From positions 4,388 to 68,387 of the forward strand of contig CBDBJK010000027.1 in NCBI GenBank assembly GCA_965206395.1: 64,000 nt of DNA, given 5' to 3'. This DNA is from Dehalococcoidia bacterium (GTDB lineage: Bacteria > Chloroflexota > Dehalococcoidia > Lucifugimonadales > CATOSD01). Positions 50,148 to 58,873 of this stretch are shown here, piece by piece. Both the position numbers and the translations under genes were made by a program. The stretch's first letter is position 1, and the number at the start of each line of letters is the position of its first letter. The notes under the pieces are model-generated. The model saw only the letters and a list, made by a program, of their open reading frames with translations. It searched no databases and was not told where the DNA came from.

Positions 50148-52043
50148 ATGAAACCACTTACGTTGGCGCTCGGAGGTCTATTTATAGTTGCTGTGATCGC
50201 GGCCTTGGGTGTACGTTTCACATCAGTCGGAGATATATTCGACAGGACTGAGCCGGTTGTGGTAGTCCACTGGACTACGGGCCATCTGACGCGGGACGGG
50301 CTGCTGAAAGACATGGCCATACAATTCAACAAGGCCAAACACAAGACGAAATCCGGTGCGAAGGTCGTTGTTGAGGTCTACGATGCCCCTTCGGAGTTGC
50401 AGGGCGAATACTTGAGCGAGCTGCTGAGATTCGGAACGCGAAGGAATCTCCATGAGGAAACCAACGGGTACGTCGTCGAAAACATCCCGGACCCCACTAT
50501 CGTTACTCCCTCAAGCGCTCACTGGCTGGTAACCCTCAATCACGAAGTTGGGCGCTCCGTGGCCGACATAGACGCCGCCGATAGCATCGTCCGCCCGGTT
50601 ATCGGCATCGTCACCTACGAGGAGATGGCGAAATGTCTCGGCTGGCCCGAAAAGCAAATAGGCTTCGAGGACATAATAGCGTTGAGAGACGACGACCTTG
50701 GCTGGGCCAGATACCCCTGTGCCAGGGCCGAATGGGGGCAGAGGCCTCTGTTGGCCTTCACCGACCCAACTACCTCCAGCACCAGACGTAGTTTACATCT
50801 CGCACTCTACTCCTTTGCAGCGAACAAATTGCCGGAGGATCTCACTGTCGAGGATGTGAATGATCTGGATGTCGTTAACTACGTCAAGAAGTTCCAGGGC
50901 CTTATAGACCACTATCTGATTGGCACAACCGTTTTGAACACAAAGATCTATCAGGGGCCACGCTACGGCCACTTCTTCATTATGCCTGAGGACAACCTCA
51001 TCCATCTCTACGAGGGAACCGAAAAGTCCTACATGAACGGAATAAAGACCACGGCTCCTCCCATCGAGGCCCGCATGGTCATGATCTATCCGAAGGAAGG
51101 CTCCATGCCTCGCAACAACTGCGCCTGCATTGTTCGGGCAGACTGGGTGAGCGAAGAGCATGTTGAGGCGTCACAGCAGTGGATTGACTACATTCGGGAA
51201 GATGAGCAGCAGCGGACGTTCATGACGGCGGGTTTTCGGCCAGGGACAGACCTCGATCTCAACTTCCAGGGGAGCAAAATTACTAAAGAGTTTGGATTGA
51301 ACCCGGATGAACCAAAAGTAGTGCTCAATCCTTCGCTGACCAGGCCGGAGGTTGCCGCAGCCATCGACGAAAACTGGGAGCAAGTCAAGAGGCCTGGCAT
51401 TGTGACCTTCGTGGCGGATACTTCCGGCTCTATGGCTGGTGGCAAGCTTCAGCAGGCCAAGGATGGATTGATAGGCGCTCTCGACGCTATGGCCAGGAAC
51501 AACAAGGTCGGCTTTCTGTCCTTCGACGACACGGTCAATACTCGCATCCCTGTTGCGCCACTCGAAGTGAATCGCTTTGTCATCGCTGGTGCTGTGCAAA
51601 AGCTGAGAGCAGGAGGCCAGACCGCGCTTTACGACGCCATCAAAGCTGGAGTCGAGATGACTGATTCCGTTGAGGGAGATGCCGATGCCATTCGCGCAGT
51701 GGTTGTCCTGACAGACGGTCAGGCGAACCAGGGCAAAACGAAGGTGGATGAACTAATACACATGATATCCATTCCTGACGAGTTCCCTATCCGTGATTTT
51801 CAGGGTTTCGTGAGTGATTCATGGGCGACAGACGAAAATGGAAGGAGAATAACTAAACAAGACATAATTGGCACCGGGCTGGCTCTGGATACACGTCATC
51901 CAATTCAGATCTTCTTCATAGGTATAGGTGATGCCGATCTGGATATTGGCAGGTTGCTTGCTGGAGCGACCGGCGCAGAATTTCAGGGTGTCACCGAGGA
52001 TGATTTGGCCGAAGTGCTAGAGGAGTTCAGCAAGTACTTTTAA
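50148..52043 (+). CDS. Membrane-anchored solute-binding-like plus vWA domain protein (vWA3)
   Basis: MKPLTLALGGLFIVAVIAALGV anchor, a large N-terminal domain, and vWA MIDAS DTSGSM...GQTALYDAI...LTDGQAN. The start is set at ATG 50148, 9 nt after GAGGAG. Confidence 0.75.
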   Translation: MKPLTLALGGLFIVAVIAALGVRFTSVGDIFDRTEPVVVVHWTTGHLTRDGLLKDMAIQFNKAKHKTKSGAKVVVEVYDAPSELQGEYLSELLRFGTRRNLHEETNGYVVENIPDPTIVTPSSAHWLVTLNHEVGRSVADIDAADSIVRPVIGIVTYEEMAKCLGWPEKQIGFEDIIALRDDDLGWARYPCARAEWGQRPLLAFTDPTTSSTRRSLHLALYSFAANKLPEDLTVEDVNDLDVVNYVKKFQGLIDHYLIGTTVLNTKIYQGPRYGHFFIMPEDNLIHLYEGTEKSYMNGIKTTAPPIEARMVMIYPKEGSMPRNNCACIVRADWVSEEHVEASQQWIDYIREDEQQRTFMTAGFRPGTDLDLNFQGSKITKEFGLNPDEPKVVLNPSLTRPEVAAAIDENWEQVKRPGIVTFVADTSGSMAGGKLQQAKDGLIGALDAMARNNKVGFLSFDDTVNTRIPVAPLEVNRFVIAGAVQKLRAGGQTALYDAIKAGVEMTDSVEGDADAIRAVVVLTDGQANQGKTKVDELIHMISIPDEFPIRDFQGFVSDSWATDENGRRITKQDIIGTGLALDTRHPIQIFFIGIGDADLDIGRLLAGATGAEFQGVTEDDLAEVLEEFSKYF

Positions 52044-52243
52044 GCAGAGGCAGAATAGATACTTCGTCAACGGGATTTTATCAGGTTGAAATGGAATGAA
52101 GGAGGAGAAAATATGAGACTGCACGGACTGGCAGCCCTGGCTTTGATGGCGGTGAGCCTGCTCTTGATTGCCTGCGGAGGAGAACCTGCTCCTGCTACTG
52201 CGACAACGCAACCTGCTGCTACGGCACAGCCTGAGACCCCTAG

Positions 52244-53440
52244 GGATGCTCTGAACAATCGGCTTCAGGCTGGGCCGAGTTGACCGGAGTGGTTTTGGGG
52301 GCGTTAAATTGCCTCATGGCACCGTGGTGAGGGTTATTGTCGGCCTACAACCGGCCCTGACAGGGCCTTTCGCCGCCCTTAGCCCTGATTTTGGGCGCAC
52401 TTATACAAGGTCTCACGCCGCCAGGTACTGTTCGGCCCTCATCAAGTTGGCAAACCCCAGCAGCGTCATCAGCCGCTGCGTGTTCTTGGACAGCCCCCTG
52501 TAGCGGACCTTGGCGTAGCCGAAGTGCCGCTTGATGTACAGGAACGGATGCTCCACCTTAGCTCTGACCGACGCTTTGCGCTTCTCCGACACCGCCTCAG
52601 GGCTCCCAGGCTCCAGCTTCCGACGCTGGCCGGGCCTCATCGCCACCTGCCACTCCACGTCCAAGCCCCGGTTCCCCGGCCTCTTGTCAACTCCCTGATA
52701 CCCAGCATCTCCCCACACCTGAGACTCCCCACCGTGCAGCAACCGGGGCAACTCAGTCAGGTCATGCACGTTCGCAGATGTCGTGGTCATGCTGTGCACC
52801 ACTCCCGTCTGCGAGTCCACACCGATGTGCACCTTCATCCCGAAGTGCCACTCGTTACCCTTCTTCGTCTGGTGCATCTCGGGGTCGCGCTCTTTAGCCC
52901 GATTCTTCGTCGATGAGGGCGCCGCTATGATGCTCGCGTCCACTATCGTCCCCTCCTGAAGACGGAGACCCTTGGACTCCAGATAGCGGTTGATCTCCTC
53001 GAACAGACCCGCGCCCAACTCATGCTCTTCCAGCAGGTGGCGGAAGTTCAGAATCGTCGTCTCGTCCGGCAGCGGCCCAGGCAGTCTCAGCCCTACGAAC
53101 CGCCTCACCGATTCGACCTCATAGAGCATGTCCTCCATCCCAGGGTCGCTCAGGTTGTAAAACAACTGCACGCAGTGTATCCGTAGCATCACCGATAACT
53201 CGTAGGGCCGCCGACCACGACCGGCCTTGGGATAGAACGGTCGAATGCGCTCTTCCAACTCTTCCCAAGGGATCAGTCCATCCATGCGCTCAAGGAACTT
53301 CTCCCGGCGAGTCTTTCGCTTCTTGCTCTCGTAGTCCAAGTCCGCAAACGTCGGCTGGTTCATTGCCTCTCCTCCCCCGTCTTCAGCCCTTGGCCCTATT
53401 TTACTATCCCACAAGCCATCGGGACTTATTCAGAGCATCC
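52244..53440 (-). mobile_element. IS5-group insertion sequence (1197 bp)
   Basis: Terminal IRs GGATGCTCTGAA... (12/12, then partial) flanked by the 4-bp duplication CTAG (52240-52243 and 53441-53444). Confidence 0.9.
52413..53363 (-). CDS. IS5 family transposase (DDE)
   Basis: MNQPTFADLDYESKKRKTRREKFLERMDGLIPW...GDAGYQG...VEHPFLYIKRHFGYAKVRYRGL is a classical IS5 transposase. The start is set at ATG 53363 after GGAGGAG. Confidence 0.9.
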   Translation of the reverse strand: MNQPTFADLDYESKKRKTRREKFLERMDGLIPWEELEERIRPFYPKAGRGRRPYELSVMLRIHCVQLFYNLSDPGMEDMLYEVESVRRFVGLRLPGPLPDETTILNFRHLLEEHELGAGLFEEINRYLESKGLRLQEGTIVDASIIAAPSSTKNRAKERDPEMHQTKKGNEWHFGMKVHIGVDSQTGVVHSMTTTSANVHDLTELPRLLHGGESQVWGDAGYQGVDKRPGNRGLDVEWQVAMRPGQRRKLEPGSPEAVSEKRKASVRAKVEHPFLYIKRHFGYAKVRYRGLSKNTQRLMTLLGFANLMRAEQYLAA

Positions 53441-55379
53441 CTAGAGTACCTGCTGCCCCAGCATCGGGCCTCTTTCGGCTGACTATTCTTCACAACAACG
53501 ACGGCGAGTCCCAGCTTGTGGACCTTGGCCCGGGTCTGGAGGACTTCGGAGGCGTGGCCGGTTTCGCCGCAGTAGTGGATCGGGAGAAGCAGGCGGTTGC
53601 TTCCAGTAATGTTGGCGCTGGGAAGAATGGGGTGATCATGGTGTCCTCAGGTGACAACTTCCTGGCTGGGGCCGAGTTTACCGCTGGTCGTCGGGCTGGC
53701 ATATTTTACGATGCCGTGGCCCTCGACCTGATCGGCTACGACGCCATTGCCCTGGGCAACCACGACTTCGACCTTGGTCCCGAGGTGCTGGCCGAGTTCA
53801 TCAAGCAGGTGTCGACAAGCAGGGCGCCTTTCCTCAGCTCAAATTTAGACTTCTCTGGTGAGCCTATGCTCCGTGATCTGTTTGACATAGGACGTATCGC
53901 GGCAAGTGTTGTTGTAGAGGAAAATGGAGAGAGGATAGGAATTATCGGCGCTATCACCCACAACCTTGACACCATCTCCAGCCCTCGAAAAGTAAAGATC
54001 ATCAGCAACGTGGCGGGTGAGGTTCAGTCCGAGGTGGACCTGCTGGAGGCCTCTGGGGTCAATAAGATAATCCTCATCAGCCACTTACAAGACCTGGACA
54101 CCGACATTGCGCTGCTACGTCAGATTCAAGGCGTAGACGTGGTGGTGGCAGGCGGCGGTGATGAGCTTCTGGCTAATGAATGTGATCTGCTCATCCCCGA
54201 CGAAGATACTCCCACTGGTCCTTACCCCATCATGGCCACCGATCGAGGTGGCAATAGTGTACCGGTAGTCACCACGTCTGGGCAGTACGGCTACCTGGGC
54301 AAGCTGGTGGTCACATTCGATACAAACGGCCGCCTGATAGAAATAGACCAAAATGTCAGCGGCCCCATCCGTATCGCCCGTGGGGACAACCCCATCTCGG
54401 TACGTGCCAACTTTGATGACTGTAGGTTCCTCCTTCAAATCAGAGACTCGATTCTGAATGGTGAAATGCAAAATAAAGTAATGGCCCGTCTGCTGAATGC
54501 CCTCAACGACTTGGCACAGCCCTTCGCCGACAGTCAGGTGGCCCTGGACAGCCGCCGCAGCGAGGTACGATCCCGGGAGACAAATCTGGGCAACTTGATG
54601 GCTGACGCCCTCCTCAGGCAGGCGGCCCGGCTGGCCCCTGATTATGGCGCGGCTGTACCCGATGTGGCCATTCAAAACGGCGGTGGCATCCGTGGCGACT
54701 CGGTACTGCCCGCAGGGCAGATTCGGGAGTTGGACACCTTTGACGTGGCTCCTTTCAACAACCTGGTGACGGTGGTGGAAGAAATCTCCAGAAGTCAGTT
54801 CAAGGATATTCTGGAAAATGTAGTGTCTCGTGTCGTGGACGGCGACACTGCAGGCGGCACTGGACGCTTTGCCCAGGTATCCGGGTTCCGTTTCGAGTGG
54901 TCGGAGTCTGGCACTGCCCAGGTTCTTAATCCCGATAGCTCTGTGAGAGTTCCCGGCACCCGTGTCCAGAAGGTCGTGCTGGATAGTGGCGCCGTCATCA
55001 TTGGCGGGGGAAGGATAATTTCCGGTGACTCTTTGACCGTAGCCACTGTCGATTTCCTGGCCCGTGGCGGTGACGAGTATCCCTTCCGGAGCGCGCCCTT
55101 CACCGTACTGGGAGTGAGCTATCAGCAAGCCCTGGCGAACTACATCCAGTTGCCTGATGGCCTCAATGGAACGATCACCACTGCCGACTATCCAGAGGGT
55201 GGTGAGGGACGCATAAAGCGGCTGCAGTAGGCATCCCTCGGTGTCCTTGCAGTATCAGGATATGTGCTGTGAGGGCACCGAAAGTAACCCAATAGGGCTG
55301 ACTATTCTGCGCCAAGAAGCGAGTTTAACCTTGTCTAGTGGTCTCAAATGTATTGTTGGGAATTAGAAATGGAGGAGTC

Positions 55380-55454
55380 TGGTAGGGATGGTTGGATTCG
55401 AACCAACGATCTATCGCTTATCAGACGATTGCTCTACCACTGAGCTACATCCCT
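55380..55454 (-). tRNA. tRNA-Ile (anticodon GAT), CCA encoded
   Basis: Manual cloverleaf: AGGGATG-TA-GCTC-AGTGGTA-GAGC-A-ATCGT-CTGATAA-GCGAT-AGATC-GTTGG-TTCGAAT-CCAAC-CATCCCT-A-CCA. Confidence 0.9.
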
Positions 55455-55457
55455 GTG

Positions 55458-55533
55458 TGGTAGGGGCGGAGAGGATCGAACTCCCGACAACTTGTTTGTA
55501 AGACAAATGCTCTTACCGCTGAGCTACGCCCCT
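55458..55533 (-). tRNA. tRNA-Val (anticodon TAC), CCA encoded
   Basis: Manual cloverleaf: AGGGGCG-TA-GCTC-AGCGGTAA-GAGC-A-TTTGT-CTTACAA-ACAAG-TTGTC-GGGAG-TTCGATC-CTCTC-CGCCCCT-A-CCA. Confidence 0.9.
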
Positions 55534-55537
55534 ATGA

Positions 55538-55611
55538 TACGCCTGCCTGGACTCGAACCAGGGACCAATGCCTTATGAGAGCATCGCTCTAACCAACTGA
55601 GCTACAGGCGT
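55538..55611 (-). tRNA. tRNA with anticodon CAT (elongator Met, or Ile2 if lysidinylated); CCA not encoded
   Basis: Manual cloverleaf: ACGCCTG-TA-GCTC-AGTTGGTTA-GAGC-G-ATGCT-CTCATAA-GGCAT-TGGTC-CCTGG-TTCGAGT-CCAGG-CAGGCGT-A. The 1:72 position is paired and there are no 3 G:C pairs in the anticodon stem, so it is not an initiator. Confidence 0.85.
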
Positions 55612-55778
55612 TTGGTACCCCGGCCAGGTACATTCGTAGGGTTTCATATCTGCCCGTAACGCCCCATAAAGTGGCAACATTGGCCTGATTTAGCTACGAC
55701 TTACCCCGATTCTTGGCCCTTGACGTTTTAAGGCGTTCCATGTAACATCTCTCCAAACGTGGTAACAGAGAGGGGAAT

Positions 55779-56942
55779 ATGGAACGCCCTAAGAAGCTAT
55801 CAGCAACCTTTGTCAAGACGATCTCTGCCCCAGGGCGATATGGAGACGGGCGCGGCGGGCATGGCCTGTCATTGCTGGTGAAGCCTTCGTCAACTGGACG
55901 GGTCCGGCGTATCTGGTGCCAACGTCTGAGGATCGATGGCAAGGCGGTTGACCTGGGGCTAGGTTCGTTCCCGGTGACGACGTTAGCCGAAGCACGGGCA
56001 AAGGCGTTGGCCAACCGCCGATCCATCGAACACGGCCAGGACCCGCGCACCAAGGCTCGCACAGTCCCGACGTTCTCTCAAGCTCTTGAGACAGTGATAG
56101 ACCTCCATCAAGCCAATTGGAAGAATCCCCGCGTTGCCGGTCAGTGGCGGGCCAGCATGAAAGTGTACGCCTTGCCGAAGCTGGGGCGCAAGACCGTTGC
56201 CGCTATCACCACGTCGGACATTATGGCCGTGCTGTCTCCGATATGGTTGGAGAAACGGGAGACGTCCCGGAAGCTACGCCAGCGGTTGGGGATGGTAATG
56301 AAGTGGGCGGTTGCAGAAGGCTATCGGGATGATAACCCGGCTGGTGATGCAATCGGCGCGGCCCTACCCAAGCCAACCCAACAAGTGGTCCACCAAAAGG
56401 CGTTGCCATTCGCGGAAGTGGGCGCGGCCTTGGCTGCCATCCGAGAGACCGGCGCTTGGCCAGCAACGAAACTTGCCTTTGAGTTTTTGACACTCACAGC
56501 AACCCGGTCTGGTGAGGTCCGTCAAGCAACCTGGTCTGAGATAGACCTTGAGAATCGGGTATGGGAGATTCCAGCGGCGAGAACGAAAACCGGCAAGGTG
56601 CATCGTGTCCCTTTGTCTAATCAGGCGATGGATCTGCTAGAGCAAGCGCGGGAATCGACCGGCGGCGAGGGCTTGGTGTTCCCGGCGCAGCGTGGAAAAC
56701 CGTTGACGGATAGCACCATTAGCAAGCTCGTGCGGGAAAATGGCATCGGTTGTGTACCCCACGGTATGCGCTCCAGCTTCCGAGATTGGGGGGCTGAATG
56801 TTCGGATGCGCCAAGAGAGATAGCCGAGTTTGCCTTGGGCCACGTCGAAGGTTCGGCTGCGGAACTGGCCTACCGGCGAACAGATTACTTTGAACGCCGT
56901 AGGGAATTGATGCAAGCCTGGGCCGACTACCTGGCCAGCTAA
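55779..56942 (+). CDS. Tyrosine-type site-specific integrase (P4-like, DUF4102-type N-terminus)
   Basis: N-terminus KLSATFVKTISAPGRYGDGRGGHGLSLLVKPS. Catalytic motifs are ATRSGEVR, HGMRSSFRDW and LAYRRTDYFERRRELM. Confidence 0.85.
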   Translation: MERPKKLSATFVKTISAPGRYGDGRGGHGLSLLVKPSSTGRVRRIWCQRLRIDGKAVDLGLGSFPVTTLAEARAKALANRRSIEHGQDPRTKARTVPTFSQALETVIDLHQANWKNPRVAGQWRASMKVYALPKLGRKTVAAITTSDIMAVLSPIWLEKRETSRKLRQRLGMVMKWAVAEGYRDDNPAGDAIGAALPKPTQQVVHQKALPFAEVGAALAAIRETGAWPATKLAFEFLTLTATRSGEVRQATWSEIDLENRVWEIPAARTKTGKVHRVPLSNQAMDLLEQARESTGGEGLVFPAQRGKPLTDSTISKLVRENGIGCVPHGMRSSFRDWGAECSDAPREIAEFALGHVEGSAAELAYRRTDYFERRRELMQAWADYLAS

Positions 56943-57119
56943 CCGCAACAGCACCGATACTGACCCTGGACCGCCTCGAATTTCTGCTGTACCTCTCGAA
57001 ACCGATCCTGCTGTACCCTTCTTATTTAGAAGGCTGATTTGACCTGACTCCTCACAATTCAACCGGAAGTCGAATGGCGTCGGTACTGTGGATGTGCAAC
57101 GATTATGTCAGTAGGTAGG

Positions 57120-58541
57120 TGTTCAGTGAAAATGTCAGTCCATGAGGACATTGACATTGACGGCAACGGAACAGAAGCGGTTACAGGTATTGGCAGGTGT
57201 GTTGGAAGGTCGGTTAAAGGTGACCGAAGCCTCTGGTTTGATGGGAGTGAGCGAGCGCCACGCATGGCGACTACTGGCAGCATTCAGAAAGGAAGGAGTT
57301 GCTGCCTTAGCTCACGGGAACAGGGGCAGGACGCCAACGATCTCCACGGACCCAGCAATTCGGGATCGTGTCAGGGGCCTGGCCAAGGGGACTTATGCAG
57401 GACTCAACCACACACATCTGACTGAGCTGCTGGAGGAGCGGGAGGGCATCGACTTGTCACGATCCACGGTCAGACGGATCCTGCTGTCGGGCGGGATCAA
57501 GAGCCCACGCAAACGCAGGGCTCCGAAGCATCACAGCAGGCGTGTGAGGTATCCCCAAGAAGGCATGCTGCTGCAGATTGATGGCAGCAAGCATGACTGG
57601 CTCCAAGGCCGTGGCCCCTACCTCACGCTCATCGCAGCCATAGACGATGCCACAGGCACCGTCCCCTTCGCCCTCTTCCGCGACCAAGAGGACGCTCACG
57701 GATACCTGTTAATGCTCAGGTCTATCATCCAGGACAAGGGCGTCCCTATGGCCCTCTACAGTGACAGACACGGCATATTCCAACGCTCACCCAAAGAGCC
57801 TGAATCGTTGGAAGAGCAACTTCGAGGCAGACGTGACCCCACCCAGTTTGGAAGAGCGCTTCAGGAATTGGGAATAGAACTCATCCTGGCCTACACTCCA
57901 CAGGCTAAAGGCCGAGTCGAGCGCCTCTTCGGCACTCTCCAGGACCGGTTGGTCTCCGAGATGCGGTTGGCTGGCGCCACTACCGCACAACAGGCCAACA
58001 ACATTCTGTGGCGACTTCTACCCGACTTCAACCGGCGCTTCGGTGTCTGCGCTGCACAGCAAGGTTCGGCCTATCGTCAACTATCGGCAGACCTGTCGCT
58101 GGATAGTGTGCTTTGCTTCAAGTACCTGCGTACTGTGGCCAACGACAATACCGTGCGGTTCAACTCCACTACACTCCAACTCCTACCCGACGCACACCGT
58201 GCTAGCTATGCAAGGGCCACAGTGGAGGTCCAGGAACGTCTTGACGGCAGCCTGGTCGTTGTCCACGCAGGTAAGACAATCGGCAGTCAGCCAGCTCCCT
58301 CCTCGCCTGTCACGCTCAGAGCGCGCAATGGCCGAAGGGCCACAGGTACAATCAACACCGAGGGTCCAATCGATGCTGCTCTTGACCCTGTTGGGAACCC
58401 AACAGGGTCAAGAAAACAGGCTTCGGTGCCGCCAGCAACCCCGAAGACCAAACGGTCCAACAAACCTGGCCCCGACCACCCGTGGCGGAGAAAGCTACTG
58501 ACATAATCATTGAACAATTAGACTGACATATTCACTGGACA
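57120..58541 (+). mobile_element. IS481/ISNCY-like insertion sequence (boundaries approximate)
   Basis: TGT...ACA ends with inverted repeats TGTTCAGTGAAAATGTCAGTC / GACTGACATATTCACTGGACA (1-2 mismatches). A second nested pair is GATTATGTCAG (57101) / CTGACATAATC (58497). No clear target duplication was found. Confidence 0.6.
57142..58506 (+). CDS. DDE (rve/integrase-core) transposase with N-terminal HTH
   Basis: N-terminus TEQKRLQVLAGVLEGRLKVTEASGLMGVSERHAWRLLAAFRKEGVAALAHGNRGR, then a core LLQIDGSKHDW...AAIDDATG...LYSDRHGIF...PQAKGRVERLFGTLQDRL. Confidence 0.8.
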   Translation: MRTLTLTATEQKRLQVLAGVLEGRLKVTEASGLMGVSERHAWRLLAAFRKEGVAALAHGNRGRTPTISTDPAIRDRVRGLAKGTYAGLNHTHLTELLEEREGIDLSRSTVRRILLSGGIKSPRKRRAPKHHSRRVRYPQEGMLLQIDGSKHDWLQGRGPYLTLIAAIDDATGTVPFALFRDQEDAHGYLLMLRSIIQDKGVPMALYSDRHGIFQRSPKEPESLEEQLRGRRDPTQFGRALQELGIELILAYTPQAKGRVERLFGTLQDRLVSEMRLAGATTAQQANNILWRLLPDFNRRFGVCAAQQGSAYRQLSADLSLDSVLCFKYLRTVANDNTVRFNSTTLQLLPDAHRASYARATVEVQERLDGSLVVVHAGKTIGSQPAPSSPVTLRARNGRRATGTINTEGPIDAALDPVGNPTGSRKQASVPPATPKTKRSNKPGPDHPWRRKLLT

Positions 58542-58563
58542 ACAACAAGGTGAATCGCACGAC

Positions 58564-58592
58564 TTGACTGTTAGCTAATACGGCGGTAAAAT
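58564..58592 (+). promoter_or_regulatory. Sigma70-like promoter candidate for the 51-aa ORF
   Basis: TTGACT-17 nt-TAAAAT, about 43 nt upstream of ATG 58635. Confidence 0.35.
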
Positions 58593-58634
58593 TAAACGTG
58601 TTATACTCGTTTAGCCCATAAAGGAAGCGACATC

Positions 58635-58790
58635 ATGGGGCAGACAATCGAAGGAAAAGGGATAGTTACAGGCAAGGCCGCGATCACCCTTCAACACGCA
58701 TTGGAACACCCCAAGTCAGACCCGGAAAAGGTCAAGAGGCTCAAAGAGGCATTACAGTTTCACCGTGGGGTGAAGGTTATAAAGAAGTAG
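58635..58790 (+). CDS. Hypothetical 51-aa protein (below the ORF-track cutoff)
   Basis: ATG preceded by AAGGAAG at 7 nt, giving MGQTIEGKGIVTGKAAITLQHALEHPKSDPEKVKRLKEALQFHRGVKVIKK. It is convergent with the GNAT gene and followed by a hairpin. Confidence 0.3.
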   Translation: MGQTIEGKGIVTGKAAITLQHALEHPKSDPEKVKRLKEALQFHRGVKVIKK

Positions 58791-58824
58791 ATAACTATTT
58801 CTACATCCCAAAAGGCTAGAGTGC

Positions 58825-58857
58825 AAAAGGAGAGGATGATAAACATCCTCTCCTTTT
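58825..58857. terminator. Bidirectional terminator hairpin
   Basis: AAAAGGAGAGGATG-ATAAA-CATCCTCTCCTTTT between convergent genes, with A/T runs on both sides. Confidence 0.55.
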
Positions 58858-58873
58858 TCTTTATCTTCCTAGG

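Larger units (their letters stand above)
52113..55230 (+). pseudogene. Lipoprotein 5'-nucleotidase / metallophosphatase interrupted by IS5
   Basis: Signal peptide plus lipobox (MRLHGLAALALMAVSLLLIAC) at 52113-52243. The metallophosphatase body starts with LTILHNNDGESQL after the IS. Removing the IS plus one CTAG restores a 638-codon ORF. Confidence 0.85.

Noticed and set aside
53477-53489. 13-nt direct repeat GGCTGACTATTCT at 53477-53489 and 55296-55308, flanking the nucleotidase body.
   Set aside because: Tens of 13-mer coincidences are expected among all position pairs in a 64-kb window. One copy is coding (FRLTIL), and there is no associated recombinase logic.
55335-55343. Extra occurrences of the IS630 end-plus-target 9-mer CTAGTGGTC (also at 60892-60900), as possible solo IR remnants or footprints.
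   Set aside because: Similarity does not extend beyond 9-13 nt. A given 9-mer is expected by chance with appreciable probability in 64 kb.
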